Of a stretch of DNA of 64,000 nt, positions 62,960-64,000 are shown piece after piece. The notes under the pieces were generated by a model. That model ran no database searches. It was not told where the DNA came from and saw only the letters and a program-made list of their open reading frames with translations. The DNA comes from Hemiscyllium ocellatum (Eukaryota): positions 1,395,438 through 1,459,437 of the forward strand of contig NC_083427.1 of assembly GCF_020745735.1 (NCBI RefSeq), read 5' to 3'. Position numbers and translations under genes: made by a program. Within the stretch, counting starts at the first letter, position 1. Every line of letters begins with the position of its first letter.

Positions 62960-64000
62960 CTTGATACCTTGGCCCTGGAAATTACTACCCAAGATCCATA
63001 AACCTGACTACCCTGGCTGCCCAATCATCTCAGTTTCCTCCTGTCCAACTGAACTCATCTCCACATACTTGCTTACTGTCCTGTTCCTCCGGTCCAGGAA
63101 CTCCCCACATATATTCAGAGACCATCCACGCCTTCCAACCCCTCCAATACGTTCACTTCCCTAGTCCCTGAAGCCTCATTTACACCATGCTCGTCCATAC
63201 GGACAATAGAACTCCATCTGCCATGACGAAGGCCTCCAAGCCATCCGTTTCTTCCTCGACAGCTACCTCCACGAGTGGCCTTCCACGAACATTCTCATTC
63301 ATTTGGATGAACTGACCCTCACCGTGAATAATTTCTTCTTTGAATCCTCCCACTTTCTCCAGACAAATGGATAGTCATGGGCACCCGCATGGGCCACAGC
63401 AATGCATGTCTCTTTGTCGGTTATGTTCTACAGTTTCACTGCTTCCATTTTCCACCTTTTCCTCCCCTACATTAATGAGTGTATTAGCACCACCTCGAGC
63501 TCTCACGACGAGGTTGAACAGTTTGTCAACTCCACAGACACATTTCGCCCTGGCCTGAATTTCACCTGGATCATCTCAGACGCCTCCCCCCCTCCAATTG
63601 CAGGACTTCTGCATCTCCATTAACGGTGACTGACTCAACATTGACATCACCTACAAACCTATCGACTCCCACTGCTCCCTGGTCTAAACCACCTCCCACT
63701 TTGCCTGCTGTAAAATCCTGAACACTTATTCCCACTTGCTCCGCCTCTGCTGCATCTGCTTCCACGGGAACCAGTTCCACCAGAGAACAAACCAGATCGC
63801 CTTCGTTTTTGAAGACAACAACTTTCCCTTCCATGTGAGTGAAGATTCCCTCCAACCCATCTCATCCATTTCTCGGACCTCTCGACTACCCCACCCTTCC
63901 AACTGCAACAAAGACAGATATCCCACGGTCTTGACGATCAGGTCCACCAACCTCTGTATACATCTCATCATTCTCCTGCATTTCCATCACGAACAAATGA
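62960..64000 (+). mobile_element. Decayed Penelope-like reverse transcriptase, running off the window end
   Basis: LPKIHKPDYPGCPIISVSSCPTELIS and LTVNNFFFESSHFLQTNG match PLE RT motifs; frameshifts and stops. Confidence 0.88.

Overview
Cartilaginous-fish (shark) genomic DNA holding one complete, unrearranged IgNAR (heavy-chain-only antibody) cluster on the + strand, about 25.25-60.8 kb. Order: octamer/TATA promoter, leader, one type II-like V, three D segments, one J, C1-C5 with secretory tail, TM1 and a tiny TM2 exon. All exons are open with compatible GT-AG phases, and the RSSs follow V-22, 12-D1-23, 12-D2-22, 12-D3-12, 23-J. V/J motifs (WYFTKKG, GTILTVKP) suggest an orectolobiform shark such as a bamboo shark (inference). 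The rest is mostly decayed CR1/L2-type LINEs, Penelope-like elements with hammerhead-type motifs, an HE1-like SINE and one 137-N gap; most ORFs in the track are fragments or antisense shadows of these. The most unusual observations are: (1) a 150-bp copy of the C4 exon end plus splice donor inserted into a LINE in the C3-C4 intron, creating a possible in-frame 27-nt micro-exon; (2) a 559-bp insertion about 9% diverged from its local homologue yet flanked by perfect 65-bp repeats, hinting at copying from a paralogous cluster; (3) a near-intact Penelope-type hammerhead motif in the sense strand of the J-C1 intron. Repeat boundaries are approximate, identities were counted by eye, and comparisons to published proteins are from memory.
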